From an uncultured Gammaproteobacteria bacterium (GTDB lineage Bacteria > Patescibacteriota > Microgenomatia > Daviesbacterales > UBA10151), in the NCBI GenBank assembly GCA_964504985.1, contig CAZDFU010000001.1, forward strand, positions 21,752-85,751: DNA of 64,000 nt. The letters are read 5' to 3'. A program made the position numbers and the translations under genes. The first letter of the stretch is position 1, and every line of letters begins with the position of its first letter. Shown one piece after another: positions 19,313 through 29,386 of this stretch. Below the pieces are notes generated by a model. It made no database searches, had not been told where the DNA came from, and saw only the letters and a program-made list of their open reading frames with translations.

Positions 19313-20488
19313 ATGCAAAATAAGTTTAAGATTTTACACCAAGACGGTAAGGCAAGATCCGGAATACTGGAAACTGCTCATGGTGCAGTTGAAACCCCAA
19401 ACTTTATTCCAGTTGGCACTAAAGCTTCTGTTAAGGCGCTCTCAAACAGGGATTTAGAAGAGATTGGGGTTCAGATTATCCTTTCTAACACCTATCATTT
19501 AATGCTCAGGCCAGGAGATGAGGTAGTTAAAAAATTAGGGGGTTTACATAAATTTATGAACTGGGATAAGCCCATGATGACTGATTCAGGGGGTTATCAG
19601 GTATTTTCTTTAGGGGTAGGGTTGCAGCATGGGGGCAGTAAAGTATTAAGAAAAGTAGCAAATGGAAAACAGGGAAGCGGGAATTTAAGAAGCAGGCCAA
19701 GATTAAACAAAATATCAGAAGAAGGGGTAACTTTTCAGTCTCATCTGGATGGTAAAAAGTATATGCTTACTCCTGAGTCCTCAATTCAAATACAGGTAAA
19801 TTTAGGGGCAGATCTGATTGTGGCTTTTGATGACCATGAATCAGGCCATTATAATCATGAAGAAACATTAACCTCAGTAGAGTTAACTGAAAGATGGGCT
19901 GAAAGGTCTCTTAATGCCTTAAAAAAGCTCAAAACAGGACAATTGATGTATGGAGTTGTACATGGAGGGGAATTTAAAGACTTAAGAATTAGAAGTGCCA
20001 AATTTACAGATAAATATTTTGATGCTATAGCAATAGGTGGAATCTACCATGATAAAAAAACTTTAAATGATATCTTAGAATGGACAGTTAAATCTGTGTC
20101 AGAAGAAAAAGTAAAACACCTCTTGGGTATTGGAGAAATAGAAAATTTATTTGATGCAGTTGATAGGGGGATAGATCTTTTTGATTGTGTTGCCCCCACG
20201 CGTCTTGCCAGGCATGGTTTTTTATATCCAGGAATTAATATCAGGCTGGCAAAATATAAAGAAGATAAAAACCCAATTAAAAAAGACTGCAGTTGTTTTA
20301 CCTGCCAAAACCATACCAGGGCCTATTTGCATTACCTGCTTGCTGCCGGTGAGTTGCTTTATTACCGGTTAGCCGCTTATCATAATGTTTTCTTTATATC
20401 TAACTTAATGAGGAAAATAAGAGAGGCTATTAAAGAGGGCAGCTTTAAGAAGCTGAAAGCAAAAACGCTCCGATTAAAGGGGAGCTAG
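19313..20488 (+). CDS. tgt: queuine tRNA-ribosyltransferase
   Basis: TPNFIPVGT...DSGGYQVFSL and zinc site CSCFTCQNHTRAYLHYL. Confidence 0.85.
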   Translation: MQNKFKILHQDGKARSGILETAHGAVETPNFIPVGTKASVKALSNRDLEEIGVQIILSNTYHLMLRPGDEVVKKLGGLHKFMNWDKPMMTDSGGYQVFSLGVGLQHGGSKVLRKVANGKQGSGNLRSRPRLNKISEEGVTFQSHLDGKKYMLTPESSIQIQVNLGADLIVAFDDHESGHYNHEETLTSVELTERWAERSLNALKKLKTGQLMYGVVHGGEFKDLRIRSAKFTDKYFDAIAIGGIYHDKKTLNDILEWTVKSVSEEKVKHLLGIGEIENLFDAVDRGIDLFDCVAPTRLARHGFLYPGINIRLAKYKEDKNPIKKDCSCFTCQNHTRAYLHYLLAAGELLYYRLAAYHNVFFISNLMRKIREAIKEGSFKKLKAKTLRLKGS

Positions 20489-20527
20489 TTAAGCCCCCCT
20501 TTACCTTCAAATTCTTTGCAAAGAATT

Positions 20528-20749
20528 TTAAACTACTGGTGTGCCACCAGCGGGATTTTGGTCAGTGCCTGTTTCGCTTTCACCCTCACCGCCTTCTTCA
20601 GTTGGTGTTTCTACAGGTGTTTCTCCTGCTGGAGTTTCTGTAGGAGTTTCTGGTTCCTGAGATGGTTGAGGTGTATCACCTATTCCACCTTGACCCTGGT
20701 CGTCTGCTGGTACATTTGTGCCCATTCCGCCTTGATTTGAATCGTCCAT
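20528..20749 (-). CDS. small acidic low-complexity protein (Pro/Glu/Thr/Gly-rich)
   Basis: Strong RBS AAGGGGGTGA 7 nt upstream of the ATG on the minus strand; the overlapping + ORF (Cys/Trp-rich) looks spurious. Confidence 0.45.
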   Translation of the reverse strand: MDDSNQGGMGTNVPADDQGQGGIGDTPQPSQEPETPTETPAGETPVETPTEEGGEGESETGTDQNPAGGTPVV

Positions 20750-20830
20750 TAAAATATCACCCCCTTCCGTCCACTTAGTTTATCTTTAAAGTAGTTGTCA
20801 GGTCAATACCTTTTTAGGTACACTAAAAAT

Positions 20831-21811
20831 ATGCCTTCATGGAGAACTGTCCAATCCAAAAGACAACTGACACAAAAAACTAAATTAGCAGTTTTTGTTT
20901 TGGCTCTAGTATTGGGGTTATTGCTTTTATCCCAGATTGTTAAAGTTACCCAAATAATATTTAGCCCCTGGAAGTTGCAGACAGATAATCAAAAAAAGTT
21001 TTCATGGAATGGGGATTTTAATATAAATTTATTAGTCCGTTCTGGAAAAACTTCACTGGTATCTTTTAGTCCTCAGAATGAGGAAATTACTATTATTAAT
21101 ATTCCTGATTCATTGTTTTTTGAAACAGCATACGGTTTTGGTAAATGGCAGTTCCGTTCTATTTATGATCTGGGTGAAGGAGAAAAAGGTTTAGGAGGAA
21201 ATAAACTAATAAAAAGCAGCCTCTCTTCATTATTTGCTTTACCAATTGATGGGGTAGTGGAGGGTGATTTAGTAAACCTTATCAAAGAAGATAAGTTCTC
21301 AATGCTGAGTGTTTTATTTGACCTTAAATCAGAACTTACACTTATGGAACTAATAAGATTCCAGATTGATGTATCAAGAGTACGGTTTGATAAAGTTAGC
21401 CAGATTGATTTGGAAGAGCAAGGTGTTTTGGAAAAAAGCAATCTTCCTGATGGGAGCGGGGTTTTAACTGCTGATACTGTAAAGCTAGACTCAGTTTTAT
21501 CAAATATGATTGATCCTCTGCTTTCCAAAGAGCATAAAACTATTGCTGTTTTTAATTCAACTGAACACCCCCTGCTTGCCCAAAAAGCAGCCAGGTTAAT
21601 CACTAATATAGGAGGTGATGTTATTATAGTCTCAAACGGCAAAAATAAGCTAAAAACAACTGCAATTTCAGGTGATCAATCAAAGACTTTGGAGCGTCTT
21701 AAGCAAATTTTTGAAGCAAGTGGTACAATTGACCCCAATGATGAGGATTTAGCCTCATCCAGAGCCCAAATCACTTTATTTTTGGGTGAGGACTATTATT
21801 TAAAACAATAA
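20831..21811 (+). CDS. LytR/CpsA/Psr (LCP)-family cell-envelope protein
   Basis: N-terminal TM anchor then NINLLVRSGKTSLVSFSPQ...ITIINIPDSLF..., matching the LCP core pattern (RSDTIM...IPRDT). Confidence 0.5.
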   Translation: MPSWRTVQSKRQLTQKTKLAVFVLALVLGLLLLSQIVKVTQIIFSPWKLQTDNQKKFSWNGDFNINLLVRSGKTSLVSFSPQNEEITIINIPDSLFFETAYGFGKWQFRSIYDLGEGEKGLGGNKLIKSSLSSLFALPIDGVVEGDLVNLIKEDKFSMLSVLFDLKSELTLMELIRFQIDVSRVRFDKVSQIDLEEQGVLEKSNLPDGSGVLTADTVKLDSVLSNMIDPLLSKEHKTIAVFNSTEHPLLAQKAARLITNIGGDVIIVSNGKNKLKTTAISGDQSKTLERLKQIFEASGTIDPNDEDLASSRAQITLFLGEDYYLKQ

Positions 21812-21821
21812 GGGGTTAATT

Positions 21822-22490
21822 ATGATCTTATGGATATTGTTGTTTGGGCTGGTTGTAGCTATCTCTTTTGTGCTTGCATTTAAATCCATGCACGATTTTC
21901 AGGAGATCCCTGCTGAAGGAGGAGAAGAATATGGGTTATTCTTAATCCGCAGACTCAGCCAGCTAAACAAGCAACTCTTAACCTCTTTTCATAAAGAACT
22001 ATCAACCTCAACTCTTTTTATCAGTTTTGAGAGGCTTATAAAAGGGACAAAAGCTGCTTTGGTTGTATACGGCCCAAAAAAAATATTAGCCAAATATAAA
22101 CAACAACTTGATCTTTTAGAGCTTGAAGATTATACAAATGTAAGACCTGAACAATTTGCAGCCTGGGAGGTAGTTGTTAAACATGCTGGTAAACCTGGTT
22201 TTCCGCCTGTGCCTGCTGAGGATCAAATATGGTGGCAGCTGATATTATCTACCAAAGAGGGGAATTTTTTTCATCCCCATATAAGATTGGCAGTGGTATC
22301 TAACCATCCAAAAAGAAGGGATATTCTTAAGGCAAAACTTGCAGATTTGTCACCAGACAAATTTGTAAAATTACCCAACACCTTTTCTAATACCCAGTTG
22401 CTTGATTATTACAATAAAAGAGGTTTTAGGAAAGATGCGCACAATAAGAATCTGAATCCAGATGATGTTATCAGGTTACTTGATGTTTGA
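21822..22490 (+). CDS. membrane-anchored hypothetical protein
   Basis: N-terminal TM helix; no recognisable domain. Confidence 0.4.
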   Translation: MILWILLFGLVVAISFVLAFKSMHDFQEIPAEGGEEYGLFLIRRLSQLNKQLLTSFHKELSTSTLFISFERLIKGTKAALVVYGPKKILAKYKQQLDLLELEDYTNVRPEQFAAWEVVVKHAGKPGFPPVPAEDQIWWQLILSTKEGNFFHPHIRLAVVSNHPKRRDILKAKLADLSPDKFVKLPNTFSNTQLLDYYNKRGFRKDAHNKNLNPDDVIRLLDV

Positions 22491-22496
22491 AAGAAG

Positions 22497-23252
22497 TTAT
22501 ACTACCTGTTCTTCTTCAGCATTTTCCGCATCTTCTTCGTTTTCATTTTGATTATCTAAAGGGGTGAGGATTTCGTGAGTTAAAGTGGAGTCAGAATTTT
22601 CCAAAAATGAGGGTTGATTTTTAAACCTTTTACTTCTATAAATTTCCTTAACCAGCACTGCTAAAGCATTTACCTTAATGGATTTAATAAATAAATCATA
22701 TTTGTTCCCACCGCGGAGCAGTCTTATCAGATGATGACAAATATCATCTGGTAAAACTCCCAGGTAATTAGCATTACTATCTACTATGGTAATTTTCCTG
22801 TTTTTTATAATCATATTAACCTTCATACCGCAATATGCTCTTGATAATTTTTGTGGTTCTGCTACTTTTAAAAGATTGACAATTCTTGTTTTTCCAGGTT
22901 CTTGTAAAAAAAGGGAAGCTGATAGTTTTAGGGACGGAGAAAATTTTACTAGGCCGTTTGCCTGAATTTCTTCCTTTTTCCCATTAGGTTTAAAAGATTT
23001 AATGATTTTTAAATTTTTTATGGCAATTGGGTTATATGGATCAATTCTTACAACTTCAGAATAGTATTTCTTTGCCAAATTATACTTATCCATTTCCATA
23101 TAAACCCGGGCCTGGCGGTTTAGCGCATCAACATTTTGAGGGTCCAGTTTTAAGATTTGTTTGTTCAACTTTAAGGCATCATCCCAGCGGGAATCCAGTG
23201 CAGCCTCGATAGCGTTATGAGTTAAGTTTGAAGACAGGGGAGATTGATCCAT
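22497..23252 (-). CDS. TPR-repeat protein with acidic C-terminus
   Basis: N-terminal TPR-like repeats (ALKLNKQILKLDPQNVDALNRQARVYMEMDKYNLAKKYYSEVVRIDPYN). Confidence 0.5.
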   Translation of the reverse strand: MDQSPLSSNLTHNAIEAALDSRWDDALKLNKQILKLDPQNVDALNRQARVYMEMDKYNLAKKYYSEVVRIDPYNPIAIKNLKIIKSFKPNGKKEEIQANGLVKFSPSLKLSASLFLQEPGKTRIVNLLKVAEPQKLSRAYCGMKVNMIIKNRKITIVDSNANYLGVLPDDICHHLIRLLRGGNKYDLFIKSIKVNALAVLVKEIYRSKRFKNQPSFLENSDSTLTHEILTPLDNQNENEEDAENAEEEQVV

Positions 23253-23374
23253 CTAAGGGAAAAAGTATAGAAGAGAAAGAAAGGGTTGTCAATGGTTTCG
23301 CATAATATTTGCCTGGTTTAATTTGTTTCAGTTGTTAAAATAACCAATGCTGTCTTGAAAGTACATTCTAAACC

Positions 23375-23388
23375 CTATACACTATACT
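23375..23388 (+). promoter_or_regulatory. CTATACACTATACT motif upstream of yebC (candidate promoter for a leaderless mRNA)
   Basis: TATACT ends 8 nt before the ATG; no SD sequence. Confidence 0.35.
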
Positions 23389-23395
23389 GATTCTC

Positions 23396-24151
23396 ATGAG
23401 CGGTCATAGTAAATGGTCAACAATAAAAAGGCAAAAGGGTGTTGCTGATATTAAAAGGGGGCTAACTTTTACCAAGGTAGCTAATGCAATAACCATTGCT
23501 GCTAAACTGGGGGGCTCAGGTGATCCTGAATCTAATCCAAGATTAAGGATGGTTATTGAGGAGGCAAAAGCTGTTAATATGCCCAAGGAGAATGTTCAGA
23601 GGGCTATAGACCGTGGTTTAGGAAAACTTCCAGGACAAGTCATAGAAGAAGTAACTTACGAAGGGTTTGGTCCGGGAAAAGCAGCCTTTTATTTAGAAGC
23701 AGCTACAGACAATAAGTTAAGGACTTTGCAGGAAATGAAAAATTTCTTTGAAAGGTCAGGAGGATCCTTGGGATCACAAGGTAGTGTTTCTTATATGTTT
23801 GATAGGACTGGAGAAATTAGGGTGAAAAGTAAAGGTGCTTCTTTAGAAGAAGAATTACTGGATTTGATAGATTTAGGGGTAGAAGATGTTCAGGATGATA
23901 AAGAATTACAAGAATATTTAATATATGTACAAGGCTCGCAATTAAATACTATGGGTAATAAAATTACTCAGAGAGGTTATGTAGTGGAATCTCAGGAATT
24001 AATCTATAAGCCCAATATTTTAGTTGAGATAAAGGATCCTGAAATAGCAAAAAGGGTATTGGAGTTTACCCAAAAGTTGGAGGAGCATGATGATATACAA
24101 AAAGTTTATACAAATTTTGATATACCTGATGAATTAATAACACGTTCCTAA
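23396..24151 (+). CDS. yebC: YebC/PmpR-family transcriptional regulator
   Basis: MSGHSKWSTIKRQKG...NPRLR signature. Confidence 0.85.
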   Translation: MSGHSKWSTIKRQKGVADIKRGLTFTKVANAITIAAKLGGSGDPESNPRLRMVIEEAKAVNMPKENVQRAIDRGLGKLPGQVIEEVTYEGFGPGKAAFYLEAATDNKLRTLQEMKNFFERSGGSLGSQGSVSYMFDRTGEIRVKSKGASLEEELLDLIDLGVEDVQDDKELQEYLIYVQGSQLNTMGNKITQRGYVVESQELIYKPNILVEIKDPEIAKRVLEFTQKLEEHDDIQKVYTNFDIPDELITRS

Positions 24152-24204
24152 AGTAAAGCTTTATATTAATTAGAAAACTTAGGGTAAAAGATAAAGAAAA
24201 TTTT

Positions 24205-24735
24205 ATGATAATTTTAGGTATTGATCCCGGAACAGCAACAACAGGATATGGGATTATAAAAGTCCCTGATGATATTTTAGGTAGGGAATATGAATATGAT
24301 ATTGAGCTTATAACTTATGGTAATATCTCAACCCCTAAAGACAGGTTAATGCAGGATAGGCTGCAGATGATTTACTCAGAGTTGGATTATGTGATAAAAA
24401 AATATAAACCCGACCAGATGATTTGTGAAATGTTATTTTTTGGAGCAAATACCAGAACTGCTATTATGGTTGGGCAGGCCAGGGGAGTGATTATGTTAAC
24501 TGCTGCTCAAAACAGGCTGCCTTTTCAGGATTATACGGGATTACAGGTAAAATTAATGGTGGCAGGATCTGGCAGATCAGATAAAAAGCAGGTTCAGGAG
24601 GCTGTCAGAAAGTGGCTGGGGAAAAAAGGGAAGAAAAGGGCGCAATTTAGCAAACTCAAAGGCGGACATATTGATGATGCAATGGATGCAATAGCCATAG
24701 CTATTTGTCATGTGCTGAAATTGGCAGCAAAATAA
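24205..24735 (+). CDS. ruvC: crossover junction endodeoxyribonuclease RuvC
   Basis: MIILGIDPGTATTGYGII N-terminus with catalytic Asp. Confidence 0.85.
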   Translation: MIILGIDPGTATTGYGIIKVPDDILGREYEYDIELITYGNISTPKDRLMQDRLQMIYSELDYVIKKYKPDQMICEMLFFGANTRTAIMVGQARGVIMLTAAQNRLPFQDYTGLQVKLMVAGSGRSDKKQVQEAVRKWLGKKGKKRAQFSKLKGGHIDDAMDAIAIAICHVLKLAAK

Positions 24736-25518
24736 ATGAAAATTAATATTAACAAGCGCCAGAAAATTATTATAACATCAGTCATCCTAACTATAGGACT
24801 TTTATCAACACAATTGGTTGATTTTAATTTAAGGTTTAGATTTATTGCAGGGTTATCTGTCTTGGCATATTTGCTTTCCCTCTGGTCTCTTTGGGAAGGT
24901 TTAAGTTTAACTAAGGCTATTGTTCTTCTTATATTGCCCACATTTTATACTTTAGCTGTTGCAAGTTTCTATTTTTTGTTGCCTGTTAGGTGGTTAACCA
25001 GACTGCCTGTGGCTTTTGTATTTGGCTTAACTTTTTATCTTTTGCTTCTTTCTCAGAATGTTTTTAATGTAGCCTCAATTAGAACCATTCCTTTATACCG
25101 GGCTGCTTCCACTGCCAGTTTCTTGTTTACCCTTCTTTCTGCTTTTTTTATATTTAATGTTATATATGCTTTTAACTTATTGTTTTTATGGAATGGGGTA
25201 GCAGTATTTTTAATTACCTACCCATTAATATTACAGGTGCTTTGGTCAATCAACATGAAGGATAGGCTTTCAGCAGCTGAATTGATTCAAAGCCTGGTTT
25301 TAGCATTGGGGCTGGGGGAGCTGGCATTAAGTTTTTCCTTTTGGCCTATGCTTACAACCATTTGGTCCTTATCCTTATCCTCAGCAATGTATGTGCTTTT
25401 AGGTTTAACTACTCAGGTATTAAGAGGCAGGGCAAGCAGGAGAGTGGTGTGGGAGTATTTGGGGATAGGGGTGATAGTACTCATAGTGTCTTTTTTTACT
25501 ACTTCCTGGACAGGTTAA
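24736..25518 (+). CDS. polytopic membrane protein, unknown function
   Basis: 7-8 predicted TM helices. Confidence 0.4.
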   Translation: MKININKRQKIIITSVILTIGLLSTQLVDFNLRFRFIAGLSVLAYLLSLWSLWEGLSLTKAIVLLILPTFYTLAVASFYFLLPVRWLTRLPVAFVFGLTFYLLLLSQNVFNVASIRTIPLYRAASTASFLFTLLSAFFIFNVIYAFNLLFLWNGVAVFLITYPLILQVLWSINMKDRLSAAELIQSLVLALGLGELALSFSFWPMLTTIWSLSLSSAMYVLLGLTTQVLRGRASRRVVWEYLGIGVIVLIVSFFTTSWTG

Positions 25519-25519
25519 T

Positions 25520-26440
25520 TTGAAATATAATATCTGAGTTTAGGCTGATATAATAATCCAAACTAATTGAAGTAGAGGAGTGTGAAAAATACCTCAAGAT
25601 TCCGTGAAAAGAAAAAAGATACAGTTTGATATAGTTGCTACCCTCGATGTGGATAACTATAGGGTTATAATTGTAAGATTTTAGCTTCAGTTTTAGCAAG
25701 ATGCATATATATCTGCCAGTGAAGGATACCCGAACCTTCCGGAGAAGAGAACCCCACCCTCTGTGTGCCTTATAAGCACATTGAAACAAAGTAATAGTTA
25801 TTAATCCGCTGTTTTGGATGCAGATTTACAACTTTTCTGACCACTACACTATGGTAGGCAACCTACCCTATGTATTAATGTCGTACAATGTATCTTATGC
25901 GATGTCAAGGAAGGGTTTTCCGGAGGAGCCCGCTAAACGGGCCCATGCCAAAATTTAATAGAATTTAAAGGGATTTATTAACTATATTTATTTGTGCTTA
26001 ATTTCTTACTTTCCTATTAAAAAATTTTATAGTTTATGCGGGGTCAATTTTTAAAATATATCAATATTAGGTTTAGGTCTTCCTGACAGCCTAAACTACA
26101 GATGGTTCCATATAGCTCTCATCCCCTGATAAACCGTTTTTGGGGCATTACAGGGCCTCGTGCCTAGAGAGCGGATTGGGCCCCGCGCTAAAGGCTGCTT
26201 GGCTAAAGCGGTTTGATTTTTGTTCAGCTGTTTTAATGGTTTGATGTTTGCTGCCCACAAATACTAATGTTTATTTAATTGGTCCAGTAACCTTATATAT
26301 AATCTTTGGACTGATCATTAAACTAGGAAAGTTTTTTACAAACCACTTTATGTATGCATCTTTTGTTGTCGCACAATATCTAGGGGTTGACAAACCACAC
26401 TAAAAAATGTCAAGCTGAAGTTAGGTACTAAATTGAGTAT
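25520..26440. other. ~900-bp ORF-free region with GC-rich hairpins; candidate structured ncRNA(s), strand and identity unresolved
   Basis: No ORF >=60 aa in any frame from 25790 to 26440. Local GC reaches 55-60% within the 26131-26214 extended hairpin, against ~33% background, with many short complementary segments. Confidence 0.3.
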
Positions 26441-26443
26441 TTT

Positions 26444-27187
26444 ATGAAATTTCTTAGCCCGGTTTTATCCCTGTCTGTTATACTCACCCTATTCTTACTT
26501 AGCCCTGCCTATGCTTTGGCAGCTACTCTTTCCCTCTCCCCTTCTTCGGGCACCTTTAATAAAGGTTGTCCTTTTAGTTTGGATATTAATTTAGATACAC
26601 AAAATGCTGAAACAGACGGAACAGATGCAATCCTTCTTTATGATAATACCAGATTGACTGCTAACTCCATTGATACTGAACTGCCTCAAAAAATTTATAA
26701 TGACTTCCCAGGAAGTAATATAGATGAGGCTGCAGGCAGAATTACAGTTTCAGGATTAGCTTCAGTTTCAAGCGCTTTTAATGGCAGGGGTACAATGGCA
26801 AAAATATACTTTACAGTAAAAGATAGCGCTGCTACTGGATTAACCCAAGTTAAGTTTGACTTTACTTCTGGCGGTAAAACAACTGATTCTAATGTGGTTG
26901 AGAGAGGGTCGGTTCAGGATATATTAACATCTGTAACTAATGGCAACTACACAGTAGGAACTGGGGCCTGTGGAGCTGCTGCCGGGACGCCTTCTGTCCC
27001 TTCAACATCAGGCAACAACAATACAGTGTTTGTATCTACGCCTTCTGGTCAGGCACCCGCCACCATTGATCAGTTTGTGGACAGAGATGGAAATGGTCCA
27101 GGAGGTACGCCTCAATTAACTTTTACCTTGGCCATTGTAGGATCTGTATTGACTGTTCTGGGAATATTAGGTCTGGCGCTGCTTTAG
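26444..27187 (+). CDS. secreted cell-surface protein (signal peptide, cohesin-like beta domain, C-terminal hydrophobic anchor)
   Basis: Signal peptide ...LSPAYALA; Gly/Thr/Ser-rich linker; C-terminal LAIVGSVLTVLGILGLALL. Confidence 0.5.
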   Translation: MKFLSPVLSLSVILTLFLLSPAYALAATLSLSPSSGTFNKGCPFSLDINLDTQNAETDGTDAILLYDNTRLTANSIDTELPQKIYNDFPGSNIDEAAGRITVSGLASVSSAFNGRGTMAKIYFTVKDSAATGLTQVKFDFTSGGKTTDSNVVERGSVQDILTSVTNGNYTVGTGACGAAAGTPSVPSTSGNNNTVFVSTPSGQAPATIDQFVDRDGNGPGGTPQLTFTLAIVGSVLTVLGILGLALL

Positions 27188-27196
27188 GCTTTCTAA

Positions 27197-28126
27197 TTGT
27201 TTGAAAATATGACTCTTTCCGCTCTTATCACTGATTTTCTGGAATATTTGGAACTTGAGAGAAATGCTTCTCAGCTGACAATAAAAAATTATGATCATTA
27301 TTTAAAAAGGTTTCTGGAGTTTAGCAGTGATATTGATCCTAAAGATATTGACTTAAACTTAGTCAGAAAGTATAGACTCTATCTTTCCCGTTATACTGAT
27401 TCTAAGACAAATAAGCCCTTAAAAAGGGTAACCCAAAATTACTTTATGATTGCTTTAAGGGCCTTTTTAAGATATTTGGCCAGAATAGATATAACCGCTT
27501 TATCTCCTGAGAAAGTAGAGCTTGGGGAGAACGAGCCAAGTCCTTTAAAGATTTTGGATGAAACTTACCTTAAACAATTACTTGATGCCCCTGATATTTC
27601 TAAGAAAAGCGGTTTAAGGGATAAATCAATTTTAGAAATGCTTTTTTCAACAGGGCTTAGGGTTTCTGAATTGGCCTCTTTAAACCGCAGTACTATAAAT
27701 TTAAACAGACGGGAGTTTGGAATTATTGGTAAGGGAGGTAAAGAGCGGGTGGTATTTATATCAGATACTGCAGCAGACTGGCTGCAAAAATACCTTAATA
27801 TTAGAAAGGATACTTTTAAGCCTTTATTTATCCGTTTCCAGGGAAAGGTGAATCTTGAAAATCAGGGTGAAGCCATGAGGCTTACCACAAGGTCTATTGA
27901 AAGAATTGTAGAAAAATATGTAAAAGCCCTGGGTTTGCCTATAAAGGCCACACCTCATACCTTAAGGCATGTTTTTGCTACGGATTTATTAATAAATGGA
28001 GCTGATATCAGATCTGTTCAGGAAATGCTTGGGCATGCTAATATTTCTACCACTCAAATTTATACTCATGTCACCAATGCCCATTTAAAAGACGTCCACA
28101 AATCCTTTCATTCAGGAAATAAGTAA
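27197..28126 (+). CDS. xerD: tyrosine recombinase XerC/XerD
   Basis: C-terminal HTLRHVFATDLLINGADIRSVQEMLGHANISTTQIYTHV with the R..H..R..Y catalytic pattern. Confidence 0.8.
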   Translation: MFENMTLSALITDFLEYLELERNASQLTIKNYDHYLKRFLEFSSDIDPKDIDLNLVRKYRLYLSRYTDSKTNKPLKRVTQNYFMIALRAFLRYLARIDITALSPEKVELGENEPSPLKILDETYLKQLLDAPDISKKSGLRDKSILEMLFSTGLRVSELASLNRSTINLNRREFGIIGKGGKERVVFISDTAADWLQKYLNIRKDTFKPLFIRFQGKVNLENQGEAMRLTTRSIERIVEKYVKALGLPIKATPHTLRHVFATDLLINGADIRSVQEMLGHANISTTQIYTHVTNAHLKDVHKSFHSGNK

Positions 28127-28137
28127 TCCAGGGAAAG

Positions 28138-28923
28138 TTATTGATAAAGGCTTTTTCTGTCTGCCTCTGATAGTATTTCAACACCGCTTATAACATCAAT
28201 AGGCAGAGGCTTCTTGGATACAATCATTATTTCTCTTTCGGCTTCATATCCTGGTTTTGCGTGATCAAGTATTTTTGAACTATAATAAATCACAACGCCT
28301 CTTCTTTTGAAGCATTCAGAAATAACTTGTTGTAAATCTTTAACAGCCCGCTCTGAATTTTCAAATGCCCTTTGATGTGAAAAATCAAGCGGGTGATAAT
28401 CTGGTCCTGTTATTGCTAATAAACTTTCATCTTCATCCCACAACGCTGAATCAGATGGAAAAAGTATACTGGCTAGGATATATATTTGTCTGGCATGAAG
28501 TCTTACTTTAAATTTTTCATTGAAAGGATGTTCAATTGCATGCTTAAGTGCATAGTCTTTGGAAGATTTATGTTGACGCCTCCATGATAATTCTTCTTTA
28601 ATCTCTTCAGGAAAGTCCCCGTATTTTTCAATAATTCCCTCTAAAAGAACTTTAGCCCTTGGATTGCTATTTTCCTCCAATCTTTCATAGATAGGTAATG
28701 CATAATATAAATGCCCCCCATTTTCCATGACCTCTTTTTGGTAAGGAAGCATATCCTCTGCTGCAGGTGCATTATAGGGAACCTGGCCTGTTTGTAAGGC
28801 CTTTGTTAAAAACTCTGCTGAGGTACCGTAAAGAGCTATAGCATCCTTATGATAACCATGCTCAACCCACTGATCTAATTGCTCTAAATTAACAGGCATA
28901 ATAAGAGACCTATAGTTTATCAC
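28138..28923 (-). CDS. hypothetical protein
   Basis: 261-aa soluble ORF with no recognisable motif. Confidence 0.4.
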   Translation of the reverse strand: MINYRSLIMPVNLEQLDQWVEHGYHKDAIALYGTSAEFLTKALQTGQVPYNAPAAEDMLPYQKEVMENGGHLYYALPIYERLEENSNPRAKVLLEGIIEKYGDFPEEIKEELSWRRQHKSSKDYALKHAIEHPFNEKFKVRLHARQIYILASILFPSDSALWDEDESLLAITGPDYHPLDFSHQRAFENSERAVKDLQQVISECFKRRGVVIYYSSKILDHAKPGYEAEREIMIVSKKPLPIDVISGVEILSEADRKSLYQ

Positions 28924-28971
28924 TTAGGATCTTGAGAGCCAACTGACTTACCTTAGCGGTGGATGATTGGG

Positions 28972-29319
28972 TTATTTCTTTAGATTTTTTAATAGATGCG
29001 AGAGGATTGTTGAGGTCAAAGATATCACAAGCGATGCCAGGATGGCTGAAAGAAAACCTGATATTTTCATCCCAGGCACAATTGCTGCTGCCAGCCATAA
29101 GACAAGCGCATTAATAACAAAAGTAAAAAGCCCAAGTGTTAAAAAGTTTAAAGGCAGAGTTAATAAAAGTAGAATTGGTTTAATAACTGCATTTAAAAGC
29201 CCTAATACCACTGCTGCTAAAAGGGCTGTTGGGAAGCTTTCTATTTTAAATCCAGGAACTATATTTGCTGCTATAAGAAGAGAAAGTGCTGAAAAAAGCC
29301 AAGTAAGCAAAAGACCCAT
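28972..29319 (-). CDS. holin-like 4-TM membrane protein (Phage_holin_4_2/YvlD-like)
   Basis: AANIVPGFKIESFPTALLAAVVLGLLNAVIKPILLLLTLPLNFLTLGLFTFVINALVLWLAAAIVPGMKISGFLSAIL matches the duplicated LVPG...LN...P motif of that family; preferred over the antisense + ORF. Confidence 0.55.
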   Translation of the reverse strand: MGLLLTWLFSALSLLIAANIVPGFKIESFPTALLAAVVLGLLNAVIKPILLLLTLPLNFLTLGLFTFVINALVLWLAAAIVPGMKISGFLSAILASLVISLTSTILSHLLKNLKK

Positions 29320-29386
29320 TGATTCATTAATCTCATAAATATTTTAGATTGTCAATGATTGACAAGCCAAACATGCTTATGTAATA

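Noticed and set aside
20516-20740. 74-aa Cys/Trp-rich plus-strand ORF
   Set aside because: The opposite-strand ORF has a strong RBS; this one has improbable composition.
25700-25800. Possible tmRNA or tRNA-like 3' end (GGAAGGTTCGGGTATCCTTCACTGGCA on the minus strand)
   Set aside because: The T-loop would be 9 nt, no matching acceptor partner was found ~350 nt away, and no tag-peptide reading frame (ending ALAA-like) was found.
25900-25960. RNase P P4-like CGGGCUCC segment on the minus strand
   Set aside because: Only an 8-nt match to the RNase P conserved block; no partner ACAGAACCCGGCUUA-like 3' strand found by eye.
28967-29338. 123-aa plus-strand ORF
   Set aside because: Antisense to the holin-like gene, whose product matches a known 4-TM family; this ORF is basic, low-complexity and without motif.
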